Source: a virus
Taxonomy: Duplodnaviria > Caudoviricetes
Reading direction: 5' to 3' (one strand)
Length of the DNA: 64,000 nt
IMG/VR virus record: IMGVR_UViG_3300011868_000001
Coordinates: 64,001-128,000 of that record
The position numbers were made by a program, and so were the translations under genes. Below are positions 63,058 to 64,000 of this stretch, piece by piece. A model generated the notes under the pieces. The model searched no databases. It was not told the origin of the DNA and was given only the letters and a program-made list of their open reading frames with translations. Position 1 is the stretch's first letter; every line of letters begins with the position of its first letter.

Positions 63058-64000
63058 ATCCGCGTTCTTGTCGATCAAGTTGAGCGGGGACAGCGAGATG
63101 GTGTTGTCAGTCGGGTCGGTCTTGATTTCATCGATCTGGTTAAACCCGATCGAGCCACGGGTCAGGGTCGGGTTACGACCGAATGTCGTGGGAATGGTGC
63201 CGTTCGGGGCTTCGGCTAAAAGCTCCTTGAACAGCTCATCGAGTAGCGGGTGGTAACGCAGGGTGTTCTCGTAGATCAGCGTCTGGATCTCATTGGGCGA
63301 ATACCCTTTGGCCAGCAGCTTATTCTGCAAGTGCACCTTAAACAGCAGGGTGCTCATCGACCACGGCACCTGCAACGCATCCTGACGGTGCGGCTTTTGC
63401 CGGGAGGTGATAACAGCACGGAAGCCAAAGTGCGGGCGGGTACCGTAGATCAGCTTACGGGCGATACCGGGCTTCTTGAAGATGACTTCAGATTCGAAGG
63501 TCCGATAGTACTCGTTAAATTGCTGATGCGCACTGACGACACGCGCTTCTTTGACAGCTTGGGTGAGCTTGGGCTGGTTCTCAGCCGTCTCACGGTTATC
63601 AATGCCGATGAGGATGTGGGCTGCGTTGACAGCCGCGACCATCTTCGGGTCAGCAGTGATGCGGTTGTTGGCACTTTCACGGATGAACCCAAGCCGCGTC
63701 GGGAAGGGCAGGTATTCCGAGAAGGTCCGATCGAAGTTTTCTTGCAGGAAGCGCATGATCTTCCGGCGCCGACGGGCAGATGCCGAAGGACCGATCAAGC
63801 CTGCCTTGAACAAGGCCACCAGAATAGGTTCGTAGTTCTCGATGAAATGGTTGTATCCACGCGGGATGTCCAGTCGCTCGAGCTTACGTATCTTGTCTGC
63901 CGCCAATGGCGAGGGGGCAGTATAACGCGGGTTACACAGGTACTCCAGGATATTGAAGTTCGAGTGGGTCAGGTTCTTTGACAGAATCCGCCACACGGTC
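63058..64000 (-). CDS. nvRNAP beta' N-terminal subunit, exon 1 (phiKZ gp55-like), 5'-partial
   Basis: KPGIARKLIYGTRPHFGFRAVITS, GRNPTLTRGS, ends KNAD at the splice site. Confidence 0.9.

Noticed and set aside
60823-64000. Chimallin (ChmA) gene
   Set aside because: Expected just beyond the nvRNAP beta' gene, outside this window; not seen

Overview
A 64-kb segment of a phiKZ-related, nucleus-forming jumbo myophage (Chimalliviridae-like). It is GC-richer than phiKZ, and the host cannot be determined from sequence. Most genes are on the minus strand. From right to left: (1) the core transcription/nucleus block, with a non-virion RNA polymerase beta'-N subunit whose catalytic NAD^YDGD motif is split by a 1404-nt group I intron carrying an HNH gene, an SbcD/Mre11 nuclease, a ChmC-like protein, a free-standing HNH, gp68-like and PicA/Imp1-like genes, nvRNAP beta-C and beta'-C, and an SF2 helicase with an Ala-start class-3 intein; (2) a virion RNAP beta'-C subunit, a 972-aa Trp-repeat protein and a probable tail-chaperone gene pair joined by a -1 frameshift; (3) an accessory region (about 27.2-35.1 kb) with a macrodomain, a Cx5R phosphatase, a Zn-finger microprotein, a candidate immune-signal sponge and an HNH cassette that truncated and replaced its target gene; (4) the exonuclease half of a split family-B DNA polymerase; (5) head, inner-body and baseplate genes rich in S-x-E prohead-protease sites; (6) a LamG protein, a SLOG/DprA-like protein and thymidylate kinase. 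The most unusual feature is an approximately 830-nt non-coding array (33069-33901, minus strand) of eight tightly packed, stem-closed RNA domains. Three are clearly tRNA-derived but have remodelled anticodon arms, and most are separated by a recurring YCC(A/U)GUU-like linker. phiKZ gene-number equivalences rest on motifs, size and synteny recalled from the literature, not on database searches.
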